A stretch of DNA of 64,000 bases. It comes from Cryobacterium sp. (lineage in GTDB: Bacteria; Actinomycetota; Actinomycetes; Actinomycetales; Microbacteriaceae). Of this stretch, positions 9,723-19,228 are shown piece after piece. Made by a program: the position numbers and the translations under genes. The notes below the pieces were generated by a model, which did no database searches, was not told the origin of the DNA, and saw only the letters and a list, made by a program, of their open reading frames with translations. The stretch is taken from NCBI GenBank assembly GCA_019639015.1, contig JAHBSS010000001.1:9189-73188 (forward strand). Direction: 5' to 3'. The first letter of the stretch is position 1. Each line of letters begins with the position of its first letter.

Positions 9723-10970
9723 ATGGCGATCTCCGGAAAAAGTGCCGCGGTCTCAAACGTTGGGCGTATTCGAAGTGACAATCAGGACTCGGGGTATGCC
9801 GGAAGGCACTTGTTCCTTATTGCGGACGGAATGGGTGGTCACGCCGGTGGAGATGTTGCTTCGGCGATAGCGGTAAAACGCATCATTGAGGTCGATCAAA
9901 AGTATTCGACCCCTCAAGATGCCGAGTTTGCGTTGAAGTCTGCGCTGTTGTCAGCTAATGCCGAACTGGCGGAAACCGCGTTTGATCATCCAGAACTCAC
10001 CGGAATGGGTACGACCGTTAGTGCCCTAATTCGAGTCGGCAACAGCATGGCGCTTGCCCATATCGGTGACTCCCGAATTTACTTATTGCGCGACGGGGTA
10101 TTTGAACAAGTAAGTGTTGACCACACGTTCGTGCAACGACTCGTTGACAGCGGAAGAATCACTCAAGAAGAGGCCGCAGTACACCCAAGGCGATCGGTCC
10201 TAATGCGTGTGCTCGGCGATATAGATTCTTCTCCAGAAATTGATACCGCGATTCTTGACACACGGCCGGGAGACCGTTGGTTGATTTGTTCCGACGGGCT
10301 GAGCAGCTACGTTTCCGAAGACAAGATTTTTTCTATCATGTCCAACTTTCAAGGAACGAAGGATGTCACCAACAGGTTAGTGAAAGAGAGCCTCGACCAG
10401 GGTGCACCAGACAACGTGACGGTAGTAATCGTGGATGTTGGTGAAGGGCCCGAGTCGGCATCCAATCCGCCTTCCATTGTTGGTTCAGCGGCATTGCCGT
10501 TGACTTACGAAGCTGAAAGCGCCAAGCGAGCTTTGCGGCTTCCGACTTTGCTACTGCATCCGCTCAAATCCACTCAACACGAAGACAGTCACTTTGAACC
10601 CGAATCCGAAGAGTATTTGGATGAGTTGATCCTCGAAGACAAACGAAGAGCCTTCCGCCGAAAAATCACCTGGCTTGTTGGGGTTCTGTTCGTAATTGTC
10701 GCAATAGTCGTGGCGATAATGCTTGGTTACCGGTGGACTCAAACGCATTACTACGTGGGAGCCAACGGTCAAACTGTTGCAATTTTCCAGGGTGTGCAAC
10801 AGAATATTGGGCCGATCTCGCTACACACGGTGTATCAGCAGACGAGTATCAAACTAGAAAATCTTTCACCGTTTACGAGGGAAACAATTGAAGAGACGAT
10901 AAATGCAACCGACCTTCAAGATGCCCAGCGGATAATAAATCAGCTTCTGATGGAGTCAAGCGATGGCTGA
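9723..10970 (+). CDS. pstP: PP2C-family Ser/Thr phosphatase
   Basis: ADGMGGH, MGTT, GDSR, CSDGL, DNVT; C-terminal TM. Confidence 0.93.
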   Translation: MAISGKSAAVSNVGRIRSDNQDSGYAGRHLFLIADGMGGHAGGDVASAIAVKRIIEVDQKYSTPQDAEFALKSALLSANAELAETAFDHPELTGMGTTVSALIRVGNSMALAHIGDSRIYLLRDGVFEQVSVDHTFVQRLVDSGRITQEEAAVHPRRSVLMRVLGDIDSSPEIDTAILDTRPGDRWLICSDGLSSYVSEDKIFSIMSNFQGTKDVTNRLVKESLDQGAPDNVTVVIVDVGEGPESASNPPSIVGSAALPLTYEAESAKRALRLPTLLLHPLKSTQHEDSHFEPESEEYLDELILEDKRRAFRRKITWLVGVLFVIVAIVVAIMLGYRWTQTHYYVGANGQTVAIFQGVQQNIGPISLHTVYQQTSIKLENLSPFTRETIEETINATDLQDAQRIINQLLMESSDG

Positions 10971-12375
10971 GGTTAAACAAGCCAAAGCTTCCTCAAAGAG
11001 CCAGTCGACGCAACCAGAGTCACGCTCGATCAAGTTGCGACTGCATCTTCCCGCGAAATTGCGCAATCTTGAGTTGGCGTTACTTGTATTTGCTTGCGGA
11101 ATAAACGGTGTTGCGGTTGTACTCGTACAGCTAGGTGCTCTAGGGAAAGTAAATCCGGAAATCATTTGGATGGGTGGGGGCCTAGCGGTATTGGCGATTG
11201 GTCTGCATCTCGTGCTTAGGCTTGTCGCACCTCAAGCTGACCCTTTTATCTTGCCTCTAGCAACGCTGCTTAACGGCATTGGTATTGCCGAAATCTATCG
11301 ACTCGATTTGGCTTCTGGCGCCAGCGGTTGGCAAGCATTCAGCATTCGCCAAATCGCGTGGACTGCGATTGCGATTGCCGTGTCAATAGGTGTCGTGCTT
11401 GTCGTGAAAAACCATCGAGTGTTGCAGCGTTACCGATATTTGGCGATGCTCGTTGGCATTGTGCTCTTGCTGTTGCCAATGTTGCCCGTTATCGGTCAAG
11501 AGCAATTCGGTGCGAGGCTGTGGATCAAACTCGGATTCTTCTCATTCCAACCTGGTGAAATCGCAAAAATCGCTCTTGCTGTGTTCTTCGCCGGCTACTT
11601 GGTCGAAGCCCGCGACTCGCTTGCGTTGGTCGGCAAACGCATCCTTGGAATGCAGCTTCCGCGAGTGCGAGATTTTGGACCAATCCTGCTTATTTGGGTG
11701 GCGGCAATGGCCGTGTTGATCGTGCAACGCGACCTCGGAACTTCCTTGCTCTACTTTGGACTGTTTCTCGTAATGCTTTATGTGGCAACGGGGCGAGTTG
11801 GCTGGATCGTGTTTGGGCTCCTTTTGTTTGTTGGCGGAGCGGTACTCGCTAGTCAATTTTTCAGCTATGTCGGCGCTAGATTCCACGGTTGGCTCGATGC
11901 ATTCAATTCAGATGTTTACGACGCGGTGGGTGGAAGCTACCAACTCGTCCAAGGGTTATTTGGTTTAGCAAACGGTGGTTTAATCGGCACCGGTTTGGGC
12001 CAAGGTAGGCCAAGCATTGTCCCGCTTGCCGAGAGTGACTACATTGTCGCAAGCCTCGGTGAAGAATTAGGCCTCGCTGGACTGTTTGCAATATTCGCGC
12101 TGTATTTGTTGTTCGTTTCACGGGGAATTCGAATCGGCATCGCAGGTCAAGACGATTTCGGAAGACTGCTTGGAATGGGGCTTTCCTTCGTCATTGCTCT
12201 TCAAATTTTCATAGTCGTCGGTGGCGTGACCAGACTCATTCCACTAACCGGTTTGACGACACCGTTCCTTGCCGCTGGGGGCTCATCCTTGGTCGCGAAC
12301 TGGATAATTGTTGCGTTGCTCTTGAGGTTATCTGACACCGTCCGCCATCAACCAAGACTGGTGGTGACACCGTGA
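10963..12375 (+). CDS. rodA: SEDS family protein RodA
   Basis: FQPGEIAK, QRDLG, GEELG, PLTGLTTPF; polytopic. Confidence 0.92.
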   Translation: MAEVKQAKASSKSQSTQPESRSIKLRLHLPAKLRNLELALLVFACGINGVAVVLVQLGALGKVNPEIIWMGGGLAVLAIGLHLVLRLVAPQADPFILPLATLLNGIGIAEIYRLDLASGASGWQAFSIRQIAWTAIAIAVSIGVVLVVKNHRVLQRYRYLAMLVGIVLLLLPMLPVIGQEQFGARLWIKLGFFSFQPGEIAKIALAVFFAGYLVEARDSLALVGKRILGMQLPRVRDFGPILLIWVAAMAVLIVQRDLGTSLLYFGLFLVMLYVATGRVGWIVFGLLLFVGGAVLASQFFSYVGARFHGWLDAFNSDVYDAVGGSYQLVQGLFGLANGGLIGTGLGQGRPSIVPLAESDYIVASLGEELGLAGLFAIFALYLLFVSRGIRIGIAGQDDFGRLLGMGLSFVIALQIFIVVGGVTRLIPLTGLTTPFLAAGGSSLVANWIIVALLLRLSDTVRHQPRLVVTP

Positions 12376-13811
12376 ATCGCGAGTTGAAGAGACTGAGTAT
12401 CGCAATCCTGATAATGTTCACGGCGCTACTTTGCTCGACGACCACAATCACAGTGTTTCAAGTGGACAACCTTCGAAACGACCCACGGAATGTGCGCACG
12501 CTTTACGACAGCTATTCCGCCGAACGCGGACCGATCCTGGTTGCGGGAGTACCCATCGCCCAATCAAATCCGAGCGACGATAAATACAAGTACCAACGCT
12601 CTTACGGTTTGCCGGAGATTTATGCACCGCTTACCGGGTACTTCACATTGAATCAAGGCAACACCGGAATCGAAGGCACCATGAATGCCTACTTGAGTGG
12701 AACGGCCAACGATCAATTCCTCGCTCAAGTAAACGCAATCCTCACGGGTCAGAGCCCTAAAGGAGCCGCCGTACAGCTAACGATTGATCCAAAAGTCCAG
12801 AAGGCAGCTTGGGACGCGCTTGGGGATCTGAAGGGAGCAATTGTCGCAATCGATCCGAGCACCGGTGAGATTTTGGCAATGGTTTCAAAGCCGTCGTTCG
12901 ACCCAAACACTCTCGCCGGTCACGACACCGATACCGTCATTTCCACCTATAACACGCTGCTTTCAGATCCAAACGATCCGCTCATCAATCGTGCAATAGC
13001 TGGTGATCTCTACCACCCGGGCTCCACGTTCAAACTGATCGTCGCATCCGCTGCAATCGATAGCGGCAAATTCGAAGCGTCGAGCACCTTCCCTAACCCA
13101 AGCTCGCTTCAGCTCCCACTAAGCGATTCAGTCATTCATAATTCCGGGGACGGAACTTGCGGGCCCGGGGAGACCGTAACAATCGCGGATGCGCTGAGGC
13201 TAAGTTGCAATATTCCATTCGCGGAAATCGGTTCGGCAATTGGGCAGGAAACCTTGCGAGAGTACGCAGTCGCGTTTGGATTCGGCCAAAGCTTAGACAT
13301 CCCGATGTCCGTAACTCCAAGCGAGATACCAAGCGACTTGGATGCACCACAATTGATGCTTTCGTCATTTGGTCAAGCAAACGTGCTAGTTACCCCTCTA
13401 CAAATGGCAATGGTTTCGGCCGCAATCGCCAATGGTGGCGTATTAATGAAGCCTGGGTTGGTTCAATCGATAATCGCTCCCGACCTGAAGGTGCTCCAGG
13501 AATTTAGTCCAGAAGTGTTCTCAAAGCCGATTAGCAATCAGTCGAGTCAAACGATGACAAAACTCATGGTAGACAACGTCGCCAACGGCGCAGCTAGCAA
13601 TGGCAGAATAGGGGGAGTTGAAGTGGCGGGAAAGACTGGAACGGCCCAAAACGGTGATGGAAAGCTTCTCACCCTTTGGTTCACCGGATTCGCCCCCGCT
13701 GATAACCCTAAGGTTGCAGTTGCAGTCGTGGTCGAGGATGGAACGAGTTTCGGTAACGCTGTCGCAGCACCAATCGCACGAAAGGTCATGGAGGCGGTGC
13801 TGAACAAATGA
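12372..13811 (+). CDS. pbpA: class B penicillin-binding protein
   Basis: GSTFK, SCN, KTGT motifs; follows rodA. Confidence 0.93.
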   Translation: MNRELKRLSIAILIMFTALLCSTTTITVFQVDNLRNDPRNVRTLYDSYSAERGPILVAGVPIAQSNPSDDKYKYQRSYGLPEIYAPLTGYFTLNQGNTGIEGTMNAYLSGTANDQFLAQVNAILTGQSPKGAAVQLTIDPKVQKAAWDALGDLKGAIVAIDPSTGEILAMVSKPSFDPNTLAGHDTDTVISTYNTLLSDPNDPLINRAIAGDLYHPGSTFKLIVASAAIDSGKFEASSTFPNPSSLQLPLSDSVIHNSGDGTCGPGETVTIADALRLSCNIPFAEIGSAIGQETLREYAVAFGFGQSLDIPMSVTPSEIPSDLDAPQLMLSSFGQANVLVTPLQMAMVSAAIANGGVLMKPGLVQSIIAPDLKVLQEFSPEVFSKPISNQSSQTMTKLMVDNVANGAASNGRIGGVEVAGKTGTAQNGDGKLLTLWFTGFAPADNPKVAVAVVVEDGTSFGNAVAAPIARKVMEAVLNK

Positions 13812-15439
13812 GACCCACAAGCGGCCTCACCTTTGGGGGGCGCTATCAACTCTCCAATCGCATTGCCATTGGCGGGATGGGTGAAGTTTGGCAAGCGACC
13901 GATCTGGTAATCGGTCGCACTGTTGCTATCAAAATTCTCAAAGACGAATACATGGGGGACCCAGGATTCCTCGAACGATTCAGGGCCGAAGCTAGACATG
14001 CTGCGCTAGTGAACCACGAAGGCATCGCCAACGTATTTGACTACGGCGAAGAGGAGGGCAGCGCCTACCTTGTAATGGAGCTTGTTCCAGGCGAAGCGCT
14101 TTCTTCAATCATTGAACGTGAGAAAGTACTCGCTACCGATCGAGTGCTAGACATTGTCGCTCAGACCGCTTCCGCTTTGCATGCCGCACACGCGGCTGGA
14201 CTGGTACACCGCGACATAAAGCCGGGAAACTTGCTGATCACCCCGGATGGTCGCGTCAAGATAACTGATTTTGGGATAGCAAGAATTGCTGACCAGGTAC
14301 CGCTGACGGCAACCGGTCAAGTAATGGGTACCGTTCAATACCTTTCCCCTGAACAAGCAAGTGGTCATGCAGCTTCACCTGCAACCGATATCTATTCTCT
14401 GGGAATTGTGGCATTTGAGGCGCTCGCGGGTAGGCGTCCGTTTACCGGGGAATCGCAAGTTGCAATAGCAATGGCTCAAATCAATGAGGCCCCCCCGGAC
14501 TTACCGGTCACCGTATCCGAACCTGTCAAGAACCTCGTGTATGCCTGTATTGCGAAAAAACCGGCAGACCGACCAGCTTCGGCAGCTCACCTAGCAAGAG
14601 CCGCCCAAGCTCTTCGACGGGGAGACGTGTCTGCCGCGATAGCTGCTGTTCCTGAAGTCGCTGGCGACGGACTACTGACTGAAACATTTACCGGATCCAC
14701 CACAAGGGTTCTTCCTTCAATTGACAGCAACCAAGCATCGCTAGTTGGTGCCGAGACAAAGCGCCGCAATCCCTGGACTTGGCCCCTTATCGCACTAATC
14801 GCAATCCTCGCTGTGGTTCTAGCTGGAGCAATCATTTCGCTCATGGGCCAACCACAGTCTTCAAAGCCCACTGATACCAAGAAGCCAAGCATTCCGATTT
14901 CTCATGAACCAACCGCGCCAACGACCCCGACTGATCAATTGGTGAATATCAAACTCGCTGATTTCGAGGGGATGACTCAAGACGAAGTACAAAATGCGCT
15001 TGACGACCTCGATTTGTCGTACTCGGTGACCCCGGGAATCATCGCGCCAACAAACGCGGATGAGGGTCGGGTGTACGACATCGCTCCGGCCGGGAATGTC
15101 CGTAAGGGCACGACGATTAATGTGAAAATTTACGCTCCTATTCCCACGCTCACCCAACCAACACCGTTGAGTGCAAACCCGGCTGCCCCATACACAGCTG
15201 GACAAGCAGTGTCGTTGAGTTGGGCAGCCTACGTCTGTCCAGCGGGGATGAACTTGCTTAGTTATGCGATCGCGATAGAGAACGGCACTATAACTAGTAG
15301 CAATCCGGTACCGGCGGGAACGTTAACCGCAAACATCACCTTGAGACCCGACCCTGGGGTTACAAAAGTCAGCTACACCGCCAATTGTTCTGGCACACCG
15401 TCACCAGTATCGGATGTACTAACACTCACAGTTCCCTGA
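13808..15439 (+). CDS. pknA: Ser/Thr protein kinase PknA
   Basis: GGMGEV, HRDIKPGN, DFG; TM and extracellular tail; synteny. Confidence 0.92.
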   Translation: MRPTSGLTFGGRYQLSNRIAIGGMGEVWQATDLVIGRTVAIKILKDEYMGDPGFLERFRAEARHAALVNHEGIANVFDYGEEEGSAYLVMELVPGEALSSIIEREKVLATDRVLDIVAQTASALHAAHAAGLVHRDIKPGNLLITPDGRVKITDFGIARIADQVPLTATGQVMGTVQYLSPEQASGHAASPATDIYSLGIVAFEALAGRRPFTGESQVAIAMAQINEAPPDLPVTVSEPVKNLVYACIAKKPADRPASAAHLARAAQALRRGDVSAAIAAVPEVAGDGLLTETFTGSTTRVLPSIDSNQASLVGAETKRRNPWTWPLIALIAILAVVLAGAIISLMGQPQSSKPTDTKKPSIPISHEPTAPTTPTDQLVNIKLADFEGMTQDEVQNALDDLDLSYSVTPGIIAPTNADEGRVYDIAPAGNVRKGTTINVKIYAPIPTLTQPTPLSANPAAPYTAGQAVSLSWAAYVCPAGMNLLSYAIAIENGTITSSNPVPAGTLTANITLRPDPGVTKVSYTANCSGTPSPVSDVLTLTVP

Positions 15440-15497
15440 AAGCGCAACTTCAACCGGTACACTTTCAAAGAATCAAGACCACCCTGGAGAATCGCAC

Positions 15498-17240
15498 GTG
15501 ACTGAGGGTCTAAAACTGCTCGCTGGCCGCTATCAGGTTGGCTCCCTTATCGGCCATGGGGGCATGGCCGACGTATATCTAGGCACCGATACCCGTCTGG
15601 GTCGGCAAGTCGCAATTAAGCTGTTGCGTTCGTCTCTAGCCAACGATCCAAGATTTCGAATGATGTTTAGGGAGGAAGCCGAAAAAGCATCGCGCATGGC
15701 TCACCCAACTATCGTGAAGGTGCTGGACGCTGGAGAAGAAACCCTGAAAGATGCGTTGGGTTTCGAGAGTCAGGTTCCGTTTATCGTAATGGAGCATGTT
15801 GACGGCCGGATGCTCAAAGACATCATCGCGGATGGACCAATTTCGCCCAAAGAGGCTGTGAGAATAACTAGTCAAGTGCTCACGGCTCTTGAATATGCCC
15901 ATCGTGCTTTGCTAGTTCACCGAGACATAAAACCCGGAAATGTAATGATTACTCAAGCCGGGCAAGTAAAAGTCATGGATTTCGGAATAGCAAGAGCAGT
16001 TTCAGATAACACTGCAACCGTGGCCGATACGAGTGCGATGCTTGGGACTGCGAAATACTTCTCACCAGAGCAAGCGAGAGGCGAAAGTGTTGACGCCCGA
16101 ACTGACTTGTATTCGACTGGCGTCATTCTGTTTGAACTTCTAACTGGTCAGGCTCCGTTTCAAGGTGAACGCCCCGCAGCCCTCGCATACCAACACATCA
16201 GCGAAGCACCAGTTCCGCCGAGCTCAATCAACCCGAATGTACCTCGCGCTCTAGACGTCGTGGTCTTGAAGGCGCTAACAAAAAACAAGCATGAGCGATA
16301 CCAATCGGCTGCGGAATTCCGCGACGAACTTGAAAAGGCCGGCGCGGAGATTCCAACTGGCAACGAGGCGCCAATCCGTTCGAACAGACCAACTACCCCG
16401 AAACCCGGCGCTACCCAAATTGTGCAGGATGACTTTAACGCGACACTTTTTGGCACAGCCCCAGCAACCCAGACCGGTCAAGCGGCGGCAATTCGCAACG
16501 TTACCGCCACTGACGACGAGATGATTGCACAAACCCAATCCCGGCCGCCTGTCGCATGGGTTTGGGGTGGCATTGCAATCCTGATCGTGCTTCTTGCTGG
16601 AGTGGCATTCTGGTTATTGAATCTCCAGCCGGCGAAAATAACTGTCGACTTGTCTGTCCAAATTCCTGACGTTGTCGGTCAGCCCTATGACAACGGTGCA
16701 AGTGAACTAACCAAATTGACGTTAGTTCCGACGCGACTGAGCGAGCCAAGCGACACTGTTCCAGCAGGAACAATTACAAGACTCGATCCACCTGTCGGAA
16801 CTAAGGTGGCAAAGAATTTCGGGGTGAAAGTTTGGGTTTCGTCCGGTCGAGCCGTAATCGAAGTACCAATCGTGACGAACATGACAGAAGAGAATGCTGT
16901 TAAGGCACTTACAGACGCAGGTTTGATCTTTGGAACAAGCACAACAACTCACGATGCAAACGTTGCAAAGGGGATAGTTGTTGGTTCAACCCCAGCAGGT
17001 GGAACACAAATACGCCAAGGTGAGACAGTCGATTTGTTGATATCGGATGGGCTTGTTCAGGTTCCAAAAGTCGTTGGCTTGGATATCACCGAAGCTAACA
17101 AACAACTGACCGCTTTGAATTTGCCGATCACGCTTGTGTCAGACGGAGGCTGCACAGGAGGAAAGGTTTCAGATCAATCCCTTGCGCCGGGTACGCATCC
17201 GCAGCAATCTCCGATCACGCTTACTTACTGTTCGGGATAG
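15498..17240 (+). CDS. pknB: PASTA-domain Ser/Thr kinase PknB
   Basis: HRDIKPGN, DFGIARA, TM, three PASTA-like repeats (IPDVVG, VPIVTN, VPKVVG). Confidence 0.93.
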   Translation: MTEGLKLLAGRYQVGSLIGHGGMADVYLGTDTRLGRQVAIKLLRSSLANDPRFRMMFREEAEKASRMAHPTIVKVLDAGEETLKDALGFESQVPFIVMEHVDGRMLKDIIADGPISPKEAVRITSQVLTALEYAHRALLVHRDIKPGNVMITQAGQVKVMDFGIARAVSDNTATVADTSAMLGTAKYFSPEQARGESVDARTDLYSTGVILFELLTGQAPFQGERPAALAYQHISEAPVPPSSINPNVPRALDVVVLKALTKNKHERYQSAAEFRDELEKAGAEIPTGNEAPIRSNRPTTPKPGATQIVQDDFNATLFGTAPATQTGQAAAIRNVTATDDEMIAQTQSRPPVAWVWGGIAILIVLLAGVAFWLLNLQPAKITVDLSVQIPDVVGQPYDNGASELTKLTLVPTRLSEPSDTVPAGTITRLDPPVGTKVAKNFGVKVWVSSGRAVIEVPIVTNMTEENAVKALTDAGLIFGTSTTTHDANVAKGIVVGSTPAGGTQIRQGETVDLLISDGLVQVPKVVGLDITEANKQLTALNLPITLVSDGGCTGGKVSDQSLAPGTHPQQSPITLTYCSG

Positions 17241-17254
17241 CTGTTTTCAAACGC

Positions 17255-17884
17255 TTAGCCTAGTGGGCTGAATTGGTGCGCTATTTCTCGGGCTCGTGTA
17301 AGTCCAGCCACGGCGAGCCAATTCCCTAGAATTTGGTAACCGCCTTCAGTCAGTACGGACTCGGGATGAAATTGGACACCGAACGCTGGCGCGTTTTTGT
17401 GTTCGAGCGCCATGATCACGCCGTCTTGAGTGGTTGCGGTCACTTGTAGTTCTTCTGGAACGGAATTAGTTACTACCGCCAGTGAGTGGTATCGAGTCGC
17501 GTTGAACGGTTGCAGCACTTGTTCAAATAACACGCTGCCGTTGTGGTGAATTGAAGACGTCTTGCCGTGCATTAGCTGCTCAGCGACGCGAACCTCTCCA
17601 CCAAGTGCTTCAGCTAACGCTTGATGCCCAAGACAAACCCCAAGCAAAGGGGTTTTGGAGTTGATGGCAGCGTGCACCAACGGAATAGATGCACCGGCAT
17701 CCGCAGGTTTCCCGGGTCCCGGAGAAAGGAGTACACCTTCGAATTCGCTTAGAGCAGCTGATGGATCATCCAGTAGCTCGACATTGTTTCTGACTACGGT
17801 TGTTTCGGCACCAAGTTGTCGTAAGTAGCCATTAATCGTGTAAACGAAACTGTCAAAGTTGTCGACTACGAGAATTCGGGTCAC
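17255..17884 (-). CDS. trpG: anthranilate/aminodeoxychorismate synthase component II
   Basis: VDNFDSF, SPGPG, GVCLGHQ, RYHSL, QFHPES. Confidence 0.92.
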   Translation of the reverse strand: MTRILVVDNFDSFVYTINGYLRQLGAETTVVRNNVELLDDPSAALSEFEGVLLSPGPGKPADAGASIPLVHAAINSKTPLLGVCLGHQALAEALGGEVRVAEQLMHGKTSSIHHNGSVLFEQVLQPFNATRYHSLAVVTNSVPEELQVTATTQDGVIMALEHKNAPAFGVQFHPESVLTEGGYQILGNWLAVAGLTRAREIAHQFSPLG

Positions 17885-18039
17885 TCAGAAACCGTAACGT
17901 CTGGCAGGGGTAAAAGGGAATTTACCCAAGGAAAGATCCATTCAACAAGAGCGAAAAGCAAAGCTGCAATTAGTAGGAGCACCAGTAGCAGTTTGACCCA
18001 CCACGGTCCCGGTAACACTCTCCAAAGCGCTGCGTACAT
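17881..18039 (-). CDS. small membrane protein (52 aa), not in ORF track
   Basis: Hand-translated MYAALWRVLPGPWWVKLLLVLLLIAALLFALVEWIFPWVNSLLPLPDVTVSE*; 1 nt after the sortase stop, stop overlaps trpG GTG. Confidence 0.85.
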   Translation of the reverse strand: MYAALWRVLPGPWWVKLLLVLLLIAALLFALVEWIFPWVNSLLPLPDVTVSE

Positions 18040-18040
18040 T

Positions 18041-18829
18041 TCAACCGTGCGCATTCACGAGGGAAGAGATCTCTGCCGGAGGTCCAGCAGAAACCGGTTG
18101 CCATGAGTCGAATACGGCATAGGCTATGAGCCTTTCGGCCGTCGACCAAACCGGGTTGCAACTCATGATGGTCATTAGTCGAGCTGTCGGGTCCTTTCCT
18201 TCAACTTGCGGCACGCGGTAAAGCACGCCGACACCATGTCGATCGACGTATTCAAGATTCCTGACGACGTAGGTGTAGTAACCCTTTTCCGTTTTGACGT
18301 AGATTTTGTCTCCGGCTCTTAGAAGGTTTATGTCTTTGAAGGGTGCGCCATAGGTGAGTCTGTGGGCAGCAACCGCAAAGTTCCCAATCTCACCTGGCAT
18401 TTGGGAGTTGTCGTAATGACCGATCCTCCGAGTGTTTAAGACGTTGACCAAATCGGTGCCTTCGGCGATTTCTCGAACCCAGTCTTTTCCAAACCGTGGC
18501 ACATACATGACGGCAAAGGTCTTTCCTTCGGCCGGCGCTTTACTGACCACCGGTTCACCGAAATCTTGCTCCTGGTTGGAAATAACCGGTCCGTCGTTAA
18601 CAAAGCTGTTTGACGCATCCCAAGTCTTTGAAAGTTTGGCGGCATCGTTGTTGTCGACCGAGCCGAGAATTAAGTCGTTTAACCAAAGCTGCCAACCAAG
18701 AAATAAGAAGACCAGCACGCCACAAGTGATGAGCAACTCACCAATCACACCTACCACGCTCAGCTTGCGAGCGCGTTTGCGTCTTGCCTGAGTCAGGCTT
18801 CGCCTCGTGGTAAGCGGCGGTTGGGACAT
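18041..18829 (-). CDS. class E sortase
   Basis: N-terminal TM, 'GNFAVAAHR', 'TIMSCNP...ERL'; start re-assigned to ATG 18829. Confidence 0.9.
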   Translation of the reverse strand: MSQPPLTTRRSLTQARRKRARKLSVVGVIGELLITCGVLVFLFLGWQLWLNDLILGSVDNNDAAKLSKTWDASNSFVNDGPVISNQEQDFGEPVVSKAPAEGKTFAVMYVPRFGKDWVREIAEGTDLVNVLNTRRIGHYDNSQMPGEIGNFAVAAHRLTYGAPFKDINLLRAGDKIYVKTEKGYYTYVVRNLEYVDRHGVGVLYRVPQVEGKDPTARLMTIMSCNPVWSTAERLIAYAVFDSWQPVSAGPPAEISSLVNAHG

Positions 18830-18897
18830 AACCTCGATTCTAAGCACTAACTCGGTTAGAACCTTAGGTAGGAGCTTGCTCCGATAGAATTCAAAGC

Positions 18898-19140
18898 ATG
18901 GCAAAATCTGGTTCAAAGCCCGAAGCTCGCGACGAGAATCGCACGGGGGATGACGCCCCAAATGCGATTTGGTTTAAGCCAATAATGTTTGGGTTGATGC
19001 TACTCGGACTGGCGTGGATCATCGTCTTCTATGTGAGCCAGGGCGCTCTTCCTGTCGCATCGCTCAAGGATTGGAACATACTGGTTGGATTTGGGATTCT
19101 GTTTGTGGGTTTCCTAATGACCACCAGATGGAGGTCTTGA
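18898..19140 (+). CDS. crgA: cell division protein CrgA
   Basis: 'WFKPIMFGLMLLGLAWIIVFY..WNILVGFG..MTTRWR'. Confidence 0.93.
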   Translation: MAKSGSKPEARDENRTGDDAPNAIWFKPIMFGLMLLGLAWIIVFYVSQGALPVASLKDWNILVGFGILFVGFLMTTRWRS

Positions 19141-19164
19141 AACATCGCCTTGTGCGGTAGTCAC

Positions 19165-19211
19165 AATTACAAACCTGTAATTATCCCCACTGTGGAAAGC
19201 CCTGTGGATAA
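19165..19211. promoter_or_regulatory. DnaA-box cluster plus 7-bp inverted repeat
   Basis: TGTGGATAA (19203-19211, perfect), TTATCCCCA (19181-19189), TGTGGAAAG (19191-19199); AATTACA-N4-TGTAATT (19165-19182). Confidence 0.7.
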
Positions 19212-19228
19212 CTTCGCGTTCGATTCCT

